Source: an uncultured Acidobacteriota bacterium
GTDB lineage: Bacteria; Acidobacteriota; Terriglobia; 20CM-2-55-15
DNA length: 64,000 nucleotides
Assembly (NCBI GenBank): GCA_963836435.1
Contig: CAWIJI010000011.1
Span: forward strand, 9,678-73,677
Direction of reading: 5' to 3'
Positions 10,084 to 19,828 of the stretch are shown here, piece after piece. Position numbers and translations under genes: made by a program. The notes beneath the pieces are model-generated. The model searched no databases. It saw only the letters and a list, made by a program, of their open reading frames with translations, and had not been told where the DNA came from. Each line of letters opens with the position of its first letter. Within the stretch, counting starts at the first letter, position 1.

Positions 10084-10670
10084 AGTACGTTCTCGCTTTC
10101 AGGCGCGGATGCCGGTTCACTCTCTTCGGTCAAGCGCTGCGCGTCTTCGGGCGTCAGGCGTCCCTGGGCGGCGGCGATCAGGGGGCGGACTCGCTCCAGC
10201 GCCTGGTATGCGCGGCGAATCCTGCCGAGGGAAGGCAGTTCTTCGACCTGGACTGCCGTCCGGAGATAGACTCTGCACGCCGGACCGGCAAGATTGTTGA
10301 TCACCAGCGGTATCGTGAGGATCACTGCCACGATCACCAGCGTTGTCACAGCTGCGCCCAGCCAGCCGAACACCAGCAGGTGCATGACGAGGAGCGCGAT
10401 CAGAACGCCATTCCAGACTGCCCTTCGTCCGGTCGGGCAAATGTAGAAGGCCTGAATATCCCGGAAGTAAAACCTCTTGTACTCCTCCGAGTAACTTGCG
10501 GAGTCGATGCTGAGCAGATGGTCTGCGCCAATCCACAAGCTCTGTCGGGGAGCACTCAATGAGGTGATGAGCGACTTGCGCCGCGGCCGCGACCGCGTCA
10601 GCCGCTTATAGATTGACGCTGCCACTGATGAACCTGATAAGGAAAAAGACGAGCACGACCCAACCGACAA
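10080..10670 (-). CDS. membrane protein with PH-like N-terminal region. The start is uncertain (overlaps the upstream gene by 65 nt, so an alternative start is possible).
   Basis: ORF with 2 TM helices, part of the tightly packed operon. There is no in-frame ATG between the upstream stop and the TM region. Confidence 0.45.
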   Translation of the reverse strand: MSVGSCSSFSLSGSSVAASIYKRLTRSRPRRKSLITSLSAPRQSLWIGADHLLSIDSASYSEEYKRFYFRDIQAFYICPTGRRAVWNGVLIALLVMHLLVFGWLGAAVTTLVIVAVILTIPLVINNLAGPACRVYLRTAVQVEELPSLGRIRRAYQALERVRPLIAAAQGRLTPEDAQRLTEESEPASAPESENVL

Positions 10671-11202
10671 TCTGCAGCGTAGACAGCGCGATGGCCAAAA
10701 TGAAGCGAATTTTCGTGCGCGGTACGATGCTGATCGGAGAATTCCAGTGTCGGATCGATAAATAGAGCGTCACCGGTGCAGTGACGATGGTGATGTAGAA
10801 GACGAGCATCGGAGCGATCGCCAGCGTCAGGGCGATGCTGTCGTGTTTTATTCTGCGATTTTCCAGGCTCTTGATCCTGCCCTTGGTCACGCCCGATTCA
10901 AGACAGGGGGGGCAGAAATGCTCGCCATTGAGTTCGCAGTCGCACAACGCACACAGAAAACGGCCGCATCCCTGGCAAGGCAGCAGAGCCCTCTTCTCGG
11001 TGTGGTAAAAGCACGTGGATTCTCCTTCGAGGAGCACCGGTTCGGCCTCTGCAGGCCGGGTGCGGCGCCTGAAGAAAGCAGGGAACACTTCAATCTCGAA
11101 GGCTGAAGAACACTGGCCGCAGTGCGTCAATTCGCCCTGGCTGACGGGGATATCTGTGATCGGAGCCTGGCATCGAGGACACAGTACAGCAACAGAAGTC
11201 AT
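10606..11202 (-). CDS. double zinc-ribbon membrane protein
   Basis: N-terminal CPRC...CGQC ribbon plus CFYH...CQGCGRFLCALCDCELNGEHFCPPCL module, then 2-3 TM helices. Confidence 0.6.
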   Translation of the reverse strand: MTSVAVLCPRCQAPITDIPVSQGELTHCGQCSSAFEIEVFPAFFRRRTRPAEAEPVLLEGESTCFYHTEKRALLPCQGCGRFLCALCDCELNGEHFCPPCLESGVTKGRIKSLENRRIKHDSIALTLAIAPMLVFYITIVTAPVTLYLSIRHWNSPISIVPRTKIRFILAIALSTLQIVGWVVLVFFLIRFISGSVNL

Positions 11203-11204
11203 CG

Positions 11205-11786
11205 TTACTTGTACACCACCCTTGTATTGCAGATGCGGTCGTGCAGGCCCCGCTTTTCCCCGTCAAACGCCGCCATGATGTATCCAATATAGAGGGTGAA
11301 GAGATTCAGCAGTTTTGCGAAATATCGTCCAGCCGCCCGCAGGTAGGACACTTTACCTCCGTCGGGCATGACGACTTTAACGCCGCAGGCCATTTTTCCC
11401 ACTGTCGCGCCGAATCGCCCGACCATGCCGGCTTCATAGACAACCCCTGTGGCAATACTCAACAGTTCGGCGAGGGCCAGCATCAGCGGCGGTCTGCTTT
11501 CCAGTCCAATGGCCTGATAGAAAGACATGCCCGTTAACAGCTGAATGCCGAAACTCAGCGGTACCATGAGGAATCCATCGACGAGCGCCGCCGCAAACCG
11601 GATCCAGAACCCCGCCCAGCGAAGTTCTCCGGTATCCATCCGGGCGCCTTCGGCGAGTTTCTGAATGAACAGAGGCTTGCAATCTGCGCAGACGTGGACG
11701 TTCCTGTAGCGGATCATGCTGTCCATGGGGAAGACGAGGCTGCATTCCGCGCAATTGGCTGCCGCGGAACTGACGTTCGATTCCAT
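11205..11786 (-). CDS. RDD family protein with N-terminal zinc ribbon (first gene of the operon)
   Basis: CAEC...CADC ribbon followed by an RDD-type membrane domain (...RGLHDRICNTRVV). Confidence 0.7.
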   Translation of the reverse strand: MESNVSSAAANCAECSLVFPMDSMIRYRNVHVCADCKPLFIQKLAEGARMDTGELRWAGFWIRFAAALVDGFLMVPLSFGIQLLTGMSFYQAIGLESRPPLMLALAELLSIATGVVYEAGMVGRFGATVGKMACGVKVVMPDGGKVSYLRAAGRYFAKLLNLFTLYIGYIMAAFDGEKRGLHDRICNTRVVYK

Positions 11787-11909
11787 CGATCCTCCCTGCA
11801 GGTGACTCCGTCACTGTTTCTGCCACAGTGCTCCTGGAAGTGCAATAGTTTCATCGGACTCCAATGAACGGTCTGGCTCCGGAGCCGCCGGCGTGCGATT
11901 CTCTTTCCA

Positions 11910-12383
11910 GTGAATGTGAAAGGGTACACGGTAGGCCTGAAGACGGTGGCGATTTTCGAAGCCTTGAAGGGCAGCATCGTCCTTCTTGCCGCAGCGGGAA
12001 TGATCTCGCTTGTTCACGAGGGCGCCCAGGCGGTAGCTGAAGAAATCGTTCTCCAATTTCATCTGAACCCGGCGAGCCGTTATCCTCATATTTTCCTGGA
12101 TGCAGTAGCTTCTTTGAGCAGCGGCAAGCTTTGGCTGCTTGCCGCGGGCGCCTGTTGTTACGCTGCCCTTCGCTTCCTGGAAGCCTTTGGTCTGTGGCGG
12201 GAACGTGCGTGGGCGGAATGGCTGGGCGCTGTTTCAGGCAGCTTCTACGTGCCGATCGAAGTCTATGAACTCATGCACGGCATCAGCGTGGTGAAGATAT
12301 CCCTGCTTATTATCAATATCGGGATCGTGGCTTTTTTGGGCAGGACCATCTACCGGAATCGTTGGCTTAGCCAATCCGCTTGA
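11910..12383 (+). CDS. DUF2127-like membrane protein
   Basis: 157 aa with 4 TM helices. Pattern (WRERAWAEWLG...YVPIEVYEL) resembles DUF2127. Confidence 0.6.
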   Translation: MNVKGYTVGLKTVAIFEALKGSIVLLAAAGMISLVHEGAQAVAEEIVLQFHLNPASRYPHIFLDAVASLSSGKLWLLAAGACCYAALRFLEAFGLWRERAWAEWLGAVSGSFYVPIEVYELMHGISVVKISLLIINIGIVAFLGRTIYRNRWLSQSA

Positions 12384-12479
12384 ACTCCATTTGGACAATG
12401 TGCCTCTTGAGGGGGACTACCCGTACTTGACGCCGGGTTTTCAGGAGGAGGGGGGCCATTCGCGCGAGTCGTTTCCCCT

Positions 12480-15400
12480 CTACGATTTCTCTGCAGGCGC
12501 CAGTACGGGTTTCGAAGTCCGCCGGAAGACTTTTGCCGCGTCGTCGATCAACGAATAGGCGACAGGGCACATCAGCAACGTGAGCAGCAGCGACAGGCTC
12601 TGACCGCCGATCACGGCAACGGCCACTGCGCGGCGTTCTTCAGCTCCGGGGCCGGTTCCAAGCGCGAGTGGCAGCATGCCGCCCACCAGTGCGAGGGTCG
12701 TCATCAGAATCGGCCGCAGCCTGTCGCGGTTGCCGATGAAGATGGCCTCAAGCTTCGGCATCCCTTCGGCGCGCAGATTATTCATGTGATCGATCTGAAG
12801 AATGGCGTTCTTCTTCACGACGCCAAAAAGCACCAACATGCCCAATGCAGAATACAGATTGAGGCTTTGTCCCATCGCCCACAGCGAAAAGAGCGCGAAG
12901 GGCACTGATAGCGGCAGGGCGAGCAGGATCGTAAAAGGATGGGTCAGGCTTTCAAACAGCGACGCCAGAATCATGTACATGAAAGCCACTGACAGCGCGA
13001 ACGCGATGAGGAACTCCGTGAACGTGCGCTCCAGTTCGCGCCCTCGCCCTGTGATCAGAGTGGAATATCCCGCGGGCATGTTCAGCTCGCGCGCGGCCGC
13101 AGTGAGTGCCTGATTGCGGTCCGCCAGACCGAACCCCGGGGCGACGGAAGCCTGCAGCGTGACCTGGCGCTGACGATCCAGCCGATTGATCTGCGACACG
13201 CTCTGCGCCGGCTGCAGACTGACGAGGTTGTCGAGGCGGATCAACTTACCGTCTTTCGCGGGAATATAGAGTCTCGATATCGTGTTGGGATCGTTGCGGA
13301 AGCCGTCGGCGAGCCTCAGTTGGACGTCGTAATCTTCGTTCACCGACGCATCGTGGAATCGGGATACCCGCTCGTCGCCGCCCACCATCAAGCGCATCGC
13401 CGAAGCGATCGTCTGCACATCCGCATTGAGTCGGCGGCGCGTTGCCGGTCTACCTGAAGCCGTAATTCCGGCCGGTTCAGCTGGATGGAAACCTGCGCGT
13501 CGAGAAGGCCCAGTTCCGGTCCGCGGTTGGCAAGCGCGTTGCGTAGCCAATCAGTTTTTCGATATCCGGTCCGCGGAAGACGAATCCGACGTCCGTTCGC
13601 GATCCCGCACCGGCAAGATTGATCGACTGGGTGTTGTTGATCTGGAACTTCACGCCTTTGTATTGCGCCAATTGCTTGCGCACGTTCTGCATGACGTCAC
13701 GCTGCGTGAAGTTTTGTGGAACGCTTCAAGCGGATCGCCGTGCAGGATTCCCCGCCCAGCCGCACCCACGAGAAAACCCGCTTTTCGTGGGGAACAAGCT
13801 GGACCCAGACGCGCCCCTGGCTCAAGGATCCGTTGTAGTCTCCACCGGAACTGCCAAGCACGGTCGTGACGCCGGGTGATGGACTTGACTTTGGCCTCCA
13901 CCGCCTGCATCAGATCGTCCATGGCCGCCAGGCTCATACCTTCGGGCGCCACCGCGCGAACCTCAAACTGCCCGTCATCGACGTTGGTGGGCAGATAATC
14001 CTGACGTATGACGCGGTACATCGGAACAGAAAGCCCGATAACCGCAACACCGAAGAGGGCGACGGCCACTCGATATTTCATGGAAAACCTGAGCGTGGCC
14101 ATGTATCCGGAATCGATCCAGCGGTAAAAACCCTGACGGGACCGAGCCGCGTCGTGCCCTCCCTGGCCCGTGCTCGAAACACGCAGCATTCGGGCGCACA
14201 TCATCGGAGTCAGGGTGAACGAAACCAGCAGGCTTACCATCACCGCCACCGCTGCGGTTATCCCGAATTGATAGAGGAACCGTCCCGCGATGCTCGACAT
14301 GAAAGAGACGGGGACAAAGATCACGACCAGGCTCAACGTGGTGGCCAGTACGGCGTGTCCGACGTCTGCAGTCGCAGCTCGCGCCGCTTCGAAAGGCCCC
14401 ATTTTCTTCTCTTCCATGAAGACGGAAGGTGTTTTCGAGCACAACAAGGGCGTCGTCAATTACGATTCCCACCATCAGGACCAGCGCGAGCATGGTGACG
14501 CTGTTCAGCGTGAAGTGAAGCGCCCACATCACTCCGAAAGCGGAGATCAGCGAGCAGGGGATGGAAACCGCGGCGATAATCGTGGCCTGCCAGTTGCGCA
14601 TGAAGGCCATCACCACGAGGCTGGCCAGGATGCTTCCCATCAGCAGGTGAATGTTGATTTCATGAAGGGCCGCATAGATAAAGCCGGATTGATCTTCCAG
14701 GGTCTGCAGTTGTACGTCGGGAGGCAATTGAGCCGCGATTTTAGCCAGGTTGGCCTTCACTCCTTCGATGACGTCGATGGTATTCGAGCCCGATTGGCGG
14801 CGGACTTCCAGCGTGACCGTTCTCTTCCCGTTCAGGCGGGAGGAACTGCGGGCTTCCTTCGTGCCATCCTCGGCGTAGCCGATATCGCGAATGCGGACCG
14901 GGGCGCCTTTAATTGTGGCGACGACGAGGTCGTTGAAGTCGGCGGTAGAGACCAGTCGTCCCATGGTGCGAAGATTCTGTTCATTATTTCCCGAGGTGAC
15001 ATTTCCTCCGGGAACGTCGGCGTTTTGCCTCACGATGGCATCGCGAACCGCAGTGATGGGAAGCTGGTATGCCGTGAGACGGTCGGGATCGATCCAGATG
15101 TTGACGGCGCGTTCGAGGCCGCCATTGATCTTCACCTCCCCGACCCCGGGGCTCCGCTCGATCTGTTCCCGGACGACCTTGTCGGCGATTTCGGTCAGTT
15201 CACGGATGGGGCGTTCGCTTATCAGCGCGATCGAAAGCGAGGGCGACTGGTCGGCGTCGAACTTGTTGACAACCGGCGGCAAGGCATCAATGGGCAGGTT
15301 GCGGACCACCGCGGCCACGCGGTCGCGCACGTCCTGAGCGGCAGTTTCGATGTCCCGGTTCAGATTGAACGTCAGGATCACATTCGACGTGCTCTGCCCG

Positions 15401-15654
15401 GAGCCTGACCGTATCTCGGCCACGCCTTCGATGGTATTGACGGCCTCCTCGATGGGCTGCACGACCGAGGTTTCAACTTCTTCCGGTGCAGCGCCGGGCA
15501 GCACGGTGCGCACGGCAATTGTGGGTAGTTCGACCTGCGGATGCTTATCCAGAGAGAGTTGGAAGTAGCTCGTCGCGCCGATGACAACCAGCGACAACAC
15601 AATCATTGTCGCGAAAACCGGACGTCGGATGCAGAGTTCGGCGAGCCTTTGCAT
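12480..15654 (-). pseudogene. RND efflux transporter permease (AcrB/CzcA superfamily) disrupted by multiple frameshifts
   Basis: Three long ORF fragments (13975..15654, 13650..14459, 12480..13550) plus a 71-aa piece (13477..13692) are all RND permease sequence in different frames. Joints are visible at about 14425 (ENTFRLH / MEEKKMGPF), about 13873 (KSIT / GVTTVLGSSGGDYNGSL), about 13720, about 13505 (LIGYA / NALANRGPELGLLDAQV) and about 13440 (LQVDRQRAAD / LNADVQTIASAM). Confidence 0.85.
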
Positions 15655-15657
15655 CGC

Positions 15658-16884
15658 CTATTTCTCCGCCGCCGGTGAAATCACCAGGACCTTCTCGCCG
15701 TCAGTCATGTTTCCTGGATTGAGAGCGACCTGTTCGTTCGCGGTAATGCCTTCCAGGATCTCAATACCCGCATTCGTGTGGCGTCCTGTTTTGACGCGTT
15801 TTTCCGAAGCCGTGCCGCCGGCAATGGTGAATACCCGGTCGATACCGGCGAAGGTGACGACCGAAGCCGCAGGCACCATCAGGGCACGCTGGCTCGAAGA
15901 GGTTACGATTTCGGCGCGCGCGAAAGCTCCAGGACGTATCGTGCCGGAGGGGTTCGCCACTTCAGTCTCCACAAGCAGCGTGCGGTTCGTTTCGTCGAAA
16001 GAAGGACTCAGTCGAGCCACCTGGCCCTGATGCTCGCCGCTCGATCCTTCTACCGTAAGGCGGACGGGCATTCCAACCCGGATGTTGATCGACTCCCGCT
16101 CCGGGACCTCGGTACGCAGCCGCAGCGGACTCATCTGGACGACGGTGGCAATGGGCGCGCCCGCCGATACATATTGGCCCACATTGGCTGCCCGCGCGCG
16201 GATCATGCCGTCGATCGGAGCGTATAACACGGCATCGGCAAGTTGCTGCCGCGCGATTTCCAGCTCCGACTTGCGCTGCGCCAGGACCCCTTGCCGGTTT
16301 CGCGCTTCATCCAGCGAATCCGCATATTGGGCTTCGGTGACCTTGTAAGCGGAGGAGGTCGCATCGAGGTCGGCTTTCGCCAGCAGCCCGCTTTGAGAAA
16401 GCTGCTGCGCGCGATCCAGCCGCGACTTTGCGCCGTCCATCTGCGCCCGCGCCTGCCGCACGGGCGCCAGCTGTTCCAGAATCACGTCCTCTTCTGTGCC
16501 ATTAGGCGAGAGGCCCAGCCGGACTCGCGCCTGCTGCAGGGCCGCTTCACTCTGGCGCATGCGCAACTGGAAATCCGTGGTATCGAGGCTGGCAATGACG
16601 TCGCCCTTGCGAACAGGCGTGCCCAGATCAACCGGAAGTTCAGCAATACGGCCGGCAACCTTCATGCCGAGAACAATTTCCTGTTCCGCTGCGAGAGTTC
16701 CGGTGATCGTGACGAGTTGCTCGATGGCTTTCTCCTCAGCCAGGGCCGTCGTGATCTTGCGGAGGGAATCACCACTGTTAATTCCGCGTCCCGGTGGGAC
16801 CGGAGCTGTCGATCCAGGCGCGGCATTGCAACCCGACAACAAGAAGATACTGAGAAACGCAGGTATCAGGACCTTGACAACCGT
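15658..16884 (-). CDS. efflux RND transporter periplasmic adaptor subunit (membrane fusion protein, lipoprotein)
   Basis: Lipobox LLSGC, biotinyl-lipoyl-like and beta-barrel MFP regions. Directly upstream of the RND permease. Confidence 0.88.
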   Translation of the reverse strand, partial: TVVKVLIPAFLSIFLLSGCNAAPGSTAPVPPGRGINSGDSLRKITTALAEEKAIEQLVTITGTLAAEQEIVLGMKVAGRIAELPVDLGTPVRKGDVIASLDTTDFQLRMRQSEAALQQARVRLGLSPNGTEEDVILEQLAPVRQARAQMDGAKSRLDRAQQLSQSGLLAKADLDATSSAYKVTEAQYADSLDEARNRQGVLAQRKSELEIARQQLADAVLYAPIDGMIRARAANVGQYVSAGAPIATVVQMSPLRLRTEVPERESINIRVGMPVRLTVEGSSGEHQGQVARLSPSFDETNRTLLVETEVANPSGTIRPGAFARAEIVTSSSQRALMVPAASVVTFAGIDRVFTIAGGTASEKRVKTGRHTNAGIEILEGITANEQVALNPGNMTDGEKVLVISPAAEK

Positions 16885-17001
16885 CATCCAACGCCTTTCG
16901 GTCTGCCCAATCCCAATCATTCTAAAGATAATTGGCGAACTGTCCAAGCCCTGTCTGGGACCAAAGTCCCAAATTCAACGTCGAGGGGGTCCCTCCCGGA
17001 G

Positions 17002-17283
17002 TTAGCCGGCCGAAATTCTGCTCTCCTCCGGGAGGAGTTGCTCTTTTGCCCGGTACCAGTCTTCGTCCGGAGAACCGTAGGGTCTGCCGCGGACTTCCCA
17101 CAGTGCATAGGCCTTTCGCTGGATCTCTTCGTCTGACAGCAGGTACACGGAGGGCGCGTCGGACGGCGCAGCCACTGCCCCTGCAGTCCTCGCCTTCGGC
17201 GACTTCCGCTTCAGTTCGGTCTTCGCAGTGGAGCGTTTTTCCACGCCATTGCTGCGTTTGGATGAACTCTTCCTGGATGTCAT
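17002..17283 (-). CDS. DUF2934-like small protein
   Basis: C-terminal motif DEEIQRKAYALWEVRGRPYGSPDEDWYRAKEQL. Start set at MTSRKSS because the longer ORF reads through an upstream palindrome. Confidence 0.55.
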   Translation of the reverse strand: MTSRKSSSKRSNGVEKRSTAKTELKRKSPKARTAGAVAAPSDAPSVYLLSDEEIQRKAYALWEVRGRPYGSPDEDWYRAKEQLLPEESRISAG

Positions 17284-17295
17284 GCGTATTCCTCC

Positions 17296-17345
17296 ACAAA
17301 GACAAAAGACGTCCAGCATCCCGCCCGCGCGGGAGAAATGGACGT
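17296..17345 (-). promoter_or_regulatory. 12-bp perfect inverted repeat (ACAAAGACGTCC ... GGACGTCTTTGT) immediately upstream of the DUF2934-like gene; candidate operator
   Basis: Seen directly in the sequence. The spacer itself contains cccgcgcggg. Confidence 0.35.
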
Positions 17346-17379
17346 CTTTGTCGTTACAAACTTCGTTGTCCAAAAAAAA

Positions 17380-17412
17380 GGCCTTCGGGCAGAAAAGCCG
17401 AAGACCTCATCG
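17380..17412 (-). terminator. rho-independent terminator downstream of the methyltransferase gene
   Basis: Minus strand reads ggtCTTCGGcttttctgcCCGAAGgccttttttttgg: a 6-bp GC-rich stem followed by a T8 run. Confidence 0.5.
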
Positions 17413-17564
17413 TCAGCACAAACACCATTGTCTCTGTGCTGAATACTGATTATCCGGATCGGCGGGACGATGTCAACTGCGACCTTGGCTCCGGCGAACG
17501 CCCGCTGAACCTCCTTCAAACCCTCGTCTGCTTTGCGCACGGAATGAGGGCAGACGGCATTGAT

Positions 17565-18323
17565 TCAGGCAGGCTTGCTGCCGATGGCGACAAGGCGTTG
17601 TGCATCCGGACCGTAAGGCTCTCCCCGAAGGTTTCCGTACAGCCTGACGTTCCGGAAACCGGCTCTCTCCAGGCTTTCGCGGAGCTCCTGCCCGGAATAG
17701 AGGTTCAGTTCGAACGTGAACCGCCGTGCCTTGCCGTTTCGGACGATGGTCCACCGGTTGCAAAGACGGCTCCAGCCGTCGAGGATTTGTGGCTGCTGGA
17801 TGAGGATCGAGCCATCAGGCGCAGTCTCCGCCAACGAGGGCTGGTAGATTTTTGCCAGCTTTTCCTTCCCCAACAGGTCGATAAGAAAATGCCCTTTGGG
17901 CCGAAGAGAGGTGAAGACGTTCTTCAGGACCAGAAAATCTTCGTTCCGGCTCCCGAAATATCCAAATGACGTAAACATGCTGAGCGCGAGATCGTAGGAG
18001 CCCTTTCGCACGAAGTTCCTCATGTCCTCCTGAATCCACTCCACCCGAACGTCTTCCTTTCGCGCGCGTGCTCTGGCCTTATCAAGGAGGTATCGGGTCC
18101 GATCGACGCCGGTCACCGACAGCCCCTGCTTCGCAAGCGCCACGGCGCATCTCCCCGGGCCGCAACACAGATCCAGCACGGCGTTGCCCGAAGGCGAGGC
18201 GAGAGCGAGCGCTTTTGCGACCTGGTCTGTTGCCTCCGCGATACGCGTGTCCGGAAACATGAAGGCGTAGGTTTCACGCCAGAATGACTCGTTTTCGAAC
18301 CATTCTTTTCCCCTGGTCTTCAT
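17565..18323 (-). CDS. class I SAM-dependent methyltransferase
   Basis: Motif I VLDLCCGPGRCAVALA, with acidic post-I and motif II regions. Confidence 0.85.
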   Translation of the reverse strand: MKTRGKEWFENESFWRETYAFMFPDTRIAEATDQVAKALALASPSGNAVLDLCCGPGRCAVALAKQGLSVTGVDRTRYLLDKARARARKEDVRVEWIQEDMRNFVRKGSYDLALSMFTSFGYFGSRNEDFLVLKNVFTSLRPKGHFLIDLLGKEKLAKIYQPSLAETAPDGSILIQQPQILDGWSRLCNRWTIVRNGKARRFTFELNLYSGQELRESLERAGFRNVRLYGNLRGEPYGPDAQRLVAIGSKPA

Positions 18324-18388
18324 GGTCGCGTATTGTAGCCGAAGGAAGTCGGGTCCGTGCTACTCGCACACCGAACTCCTCTGCTCTG

Positions 18389-19048
18389 ATGATCAACGAA
18401 TATTTCGTGGCGAGTCATGCGGGTACGGCAGACATGGATCTGCTTTGGGCTGAGGGCTGGCGGCACTTCGGTGTCTACTTCTTCCGCTACTCGGCCGCTC
18501 AGCACGACGGAAGTCCGCGCCACGTTCTGCCGTTGCGCATCGATCTCGCCGGTTTTACACCCTCGAGGAGTCAGCGCCGGGTTCTGCGGAGGAATTCTGA
18601 CGTTCGGGTCGTTATCCGCGACGCTGTCATCGACTCCGAGAAGGAGGGCCTGTTCGATCGCCATCGCGGGCGTTTCAAGGAGAATGTGCCGAATTCGCTC
18701 TACGACTTCCTTTCCGAGCACCCGGCCTCTGTCCCGTGCCCCAATCACGAGATCTGCGTTTACAGCGAAAGCCGGCTGCTCGCTTTCAGCTTTCTGGATA
18801 TAGGGTTGACGGCGACTTCCGCCGTTTACGCGGCATTCGATCCTGCCGAAAACAAACGCAGTCTGGGGATATTTACGATGCTTTGTGCTATCGAGCATTC
18901 CCTCAATCTCGGGCGGCGCTATTACTATCCCGGTTACGCGTACCGCGAGCCGAGCATGTACGATTACAAGAAGAGATTCGGCAGCCTGGAGTTTCTGGAT
19001 TGGAACGAAGGCTGGAAACGATGGCCGGACCCGGGCGGCGCCATTTGA
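18389..19048 (+). CDS. bpt: arginyltransferase-family protein (Bpt-like aminoacyl-tRNA-protein transferase)
   Basis: ATE_N/ATE_C-like pattern (...RYYYPGYAYREPSMYDYKKRF...). Start placed at MINEYFVASH. Confidence 0.6.
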   Translation: MINEYFVASHAGTADMDLLWAEGWRHFGVYFFRYSAAQHDGSPRHVLPLRIDLAGFTPSRSQRRVLRRNSDVRVVIRDAVIDSEKEGLFDRHRGRFKENVPNSLYDFLSEHPASVPCPNHEICVYSESRLLAFSFLDIGLTATSAVYAAFDPAENKRSLGIFTMLCAIEHSLNLGRRYYYPGYAYREPSMYDYKKRFGSLEFLDWNEGWKRWPDPGGAI

Positions 19049-19090
19049 TTATTCGGGGCCGTGCCGCCGGACTCTGAATGCAGGCCGGCC

Positions 19091-19828
19091 CTATCCGAAC
19101 CTTGACCTGAACTCCTTCGAGTAGTTTCGGCCGATCGGAAGTTCGGAACCGTCCGACAGTTTCACCAGATAGTTGCCGCCCGCCAGGGAGTGGACCTCGC
19201 GGGCATAGGAGAGCTGCACGATAACCTGTTTATGGATGCGGCAGAAGACCTCGGGATCCACGCGCTCTTCCAATTCCTTCATGGTGATGTTGAGCACGAA
19301 CTTTCCGGTGGCGGTGCGAGCGAAAACGAGGCGGTCTTCGGATTCGAAGGCGATCACGTCTGAAACATTGACCACCGCGAGTTTCTGGCCGGAGCGGGCC
19401 AGCAGGCGTTCGAGCTTTCGGCCCTCGTGGCGCACCTCTTCAAGTGTGCGGCGATGTGAGGAGGTCGAGATTGATTCCAGGCGGTCGAGGCATTGGGCCA
19501 GGCGTTTGGCTGTGACAGGCTTCATCAGGTAATCGAGCGCGTGCACGTCGAAGGCGCGGATGGCGTGGTGCCCGAAGGCCGTGACGAAAATCACAACAGG
19601 CCATTCCTCTTCGGGCAGGGAATCGAGCACCCCAAACCCGTCGAGGCCGGGCATCTCGATATCGAGGAAGAGCACGTCGGGTTGGAGTTCCTGAATGGCG
19701 GAAACCGCGGAGACGCCGTCGGCCGCTTCGCCGACGACCTCGATGCGATCCGCATGAGCGGCAAGAAGCCGGGCCAGACGGCGGCGCGCCTCATGTTCAT
19801 CGTCAACCAGAACAGCCCGGCGTTTCAT
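19091..19828 (-). CDS. LytTR-family response regulator (REC + LytTR DNA-binding domain)
   Basis: REC domain with LVDDE, phospho-acceptor region and K at the expected position, plus a LytTR C-terminal domain. Confidence 0.9.
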   Translation of the reverse strand: MKRRAVLVDDEHEARRRLARLLAAHADRIEVVGEAADGVSAVSAIQELQPDVLFLDIEMPGLDGFGVLDSLPEEEWPVVIFVTAFGHHAIRAFDVHALDYLMKPVTAKRLAQCLDRLESISTSSHRRTLEEVRHEGRKLERLLARSGQKLAVVNVSDVIAFESEDRLVFARTATGKFVLNITMKELEERVDPEVFCRIHKQVIVQLSYAREVHSLAGGNYLVKLSDGSELPIGRNYSKEFRSRFG

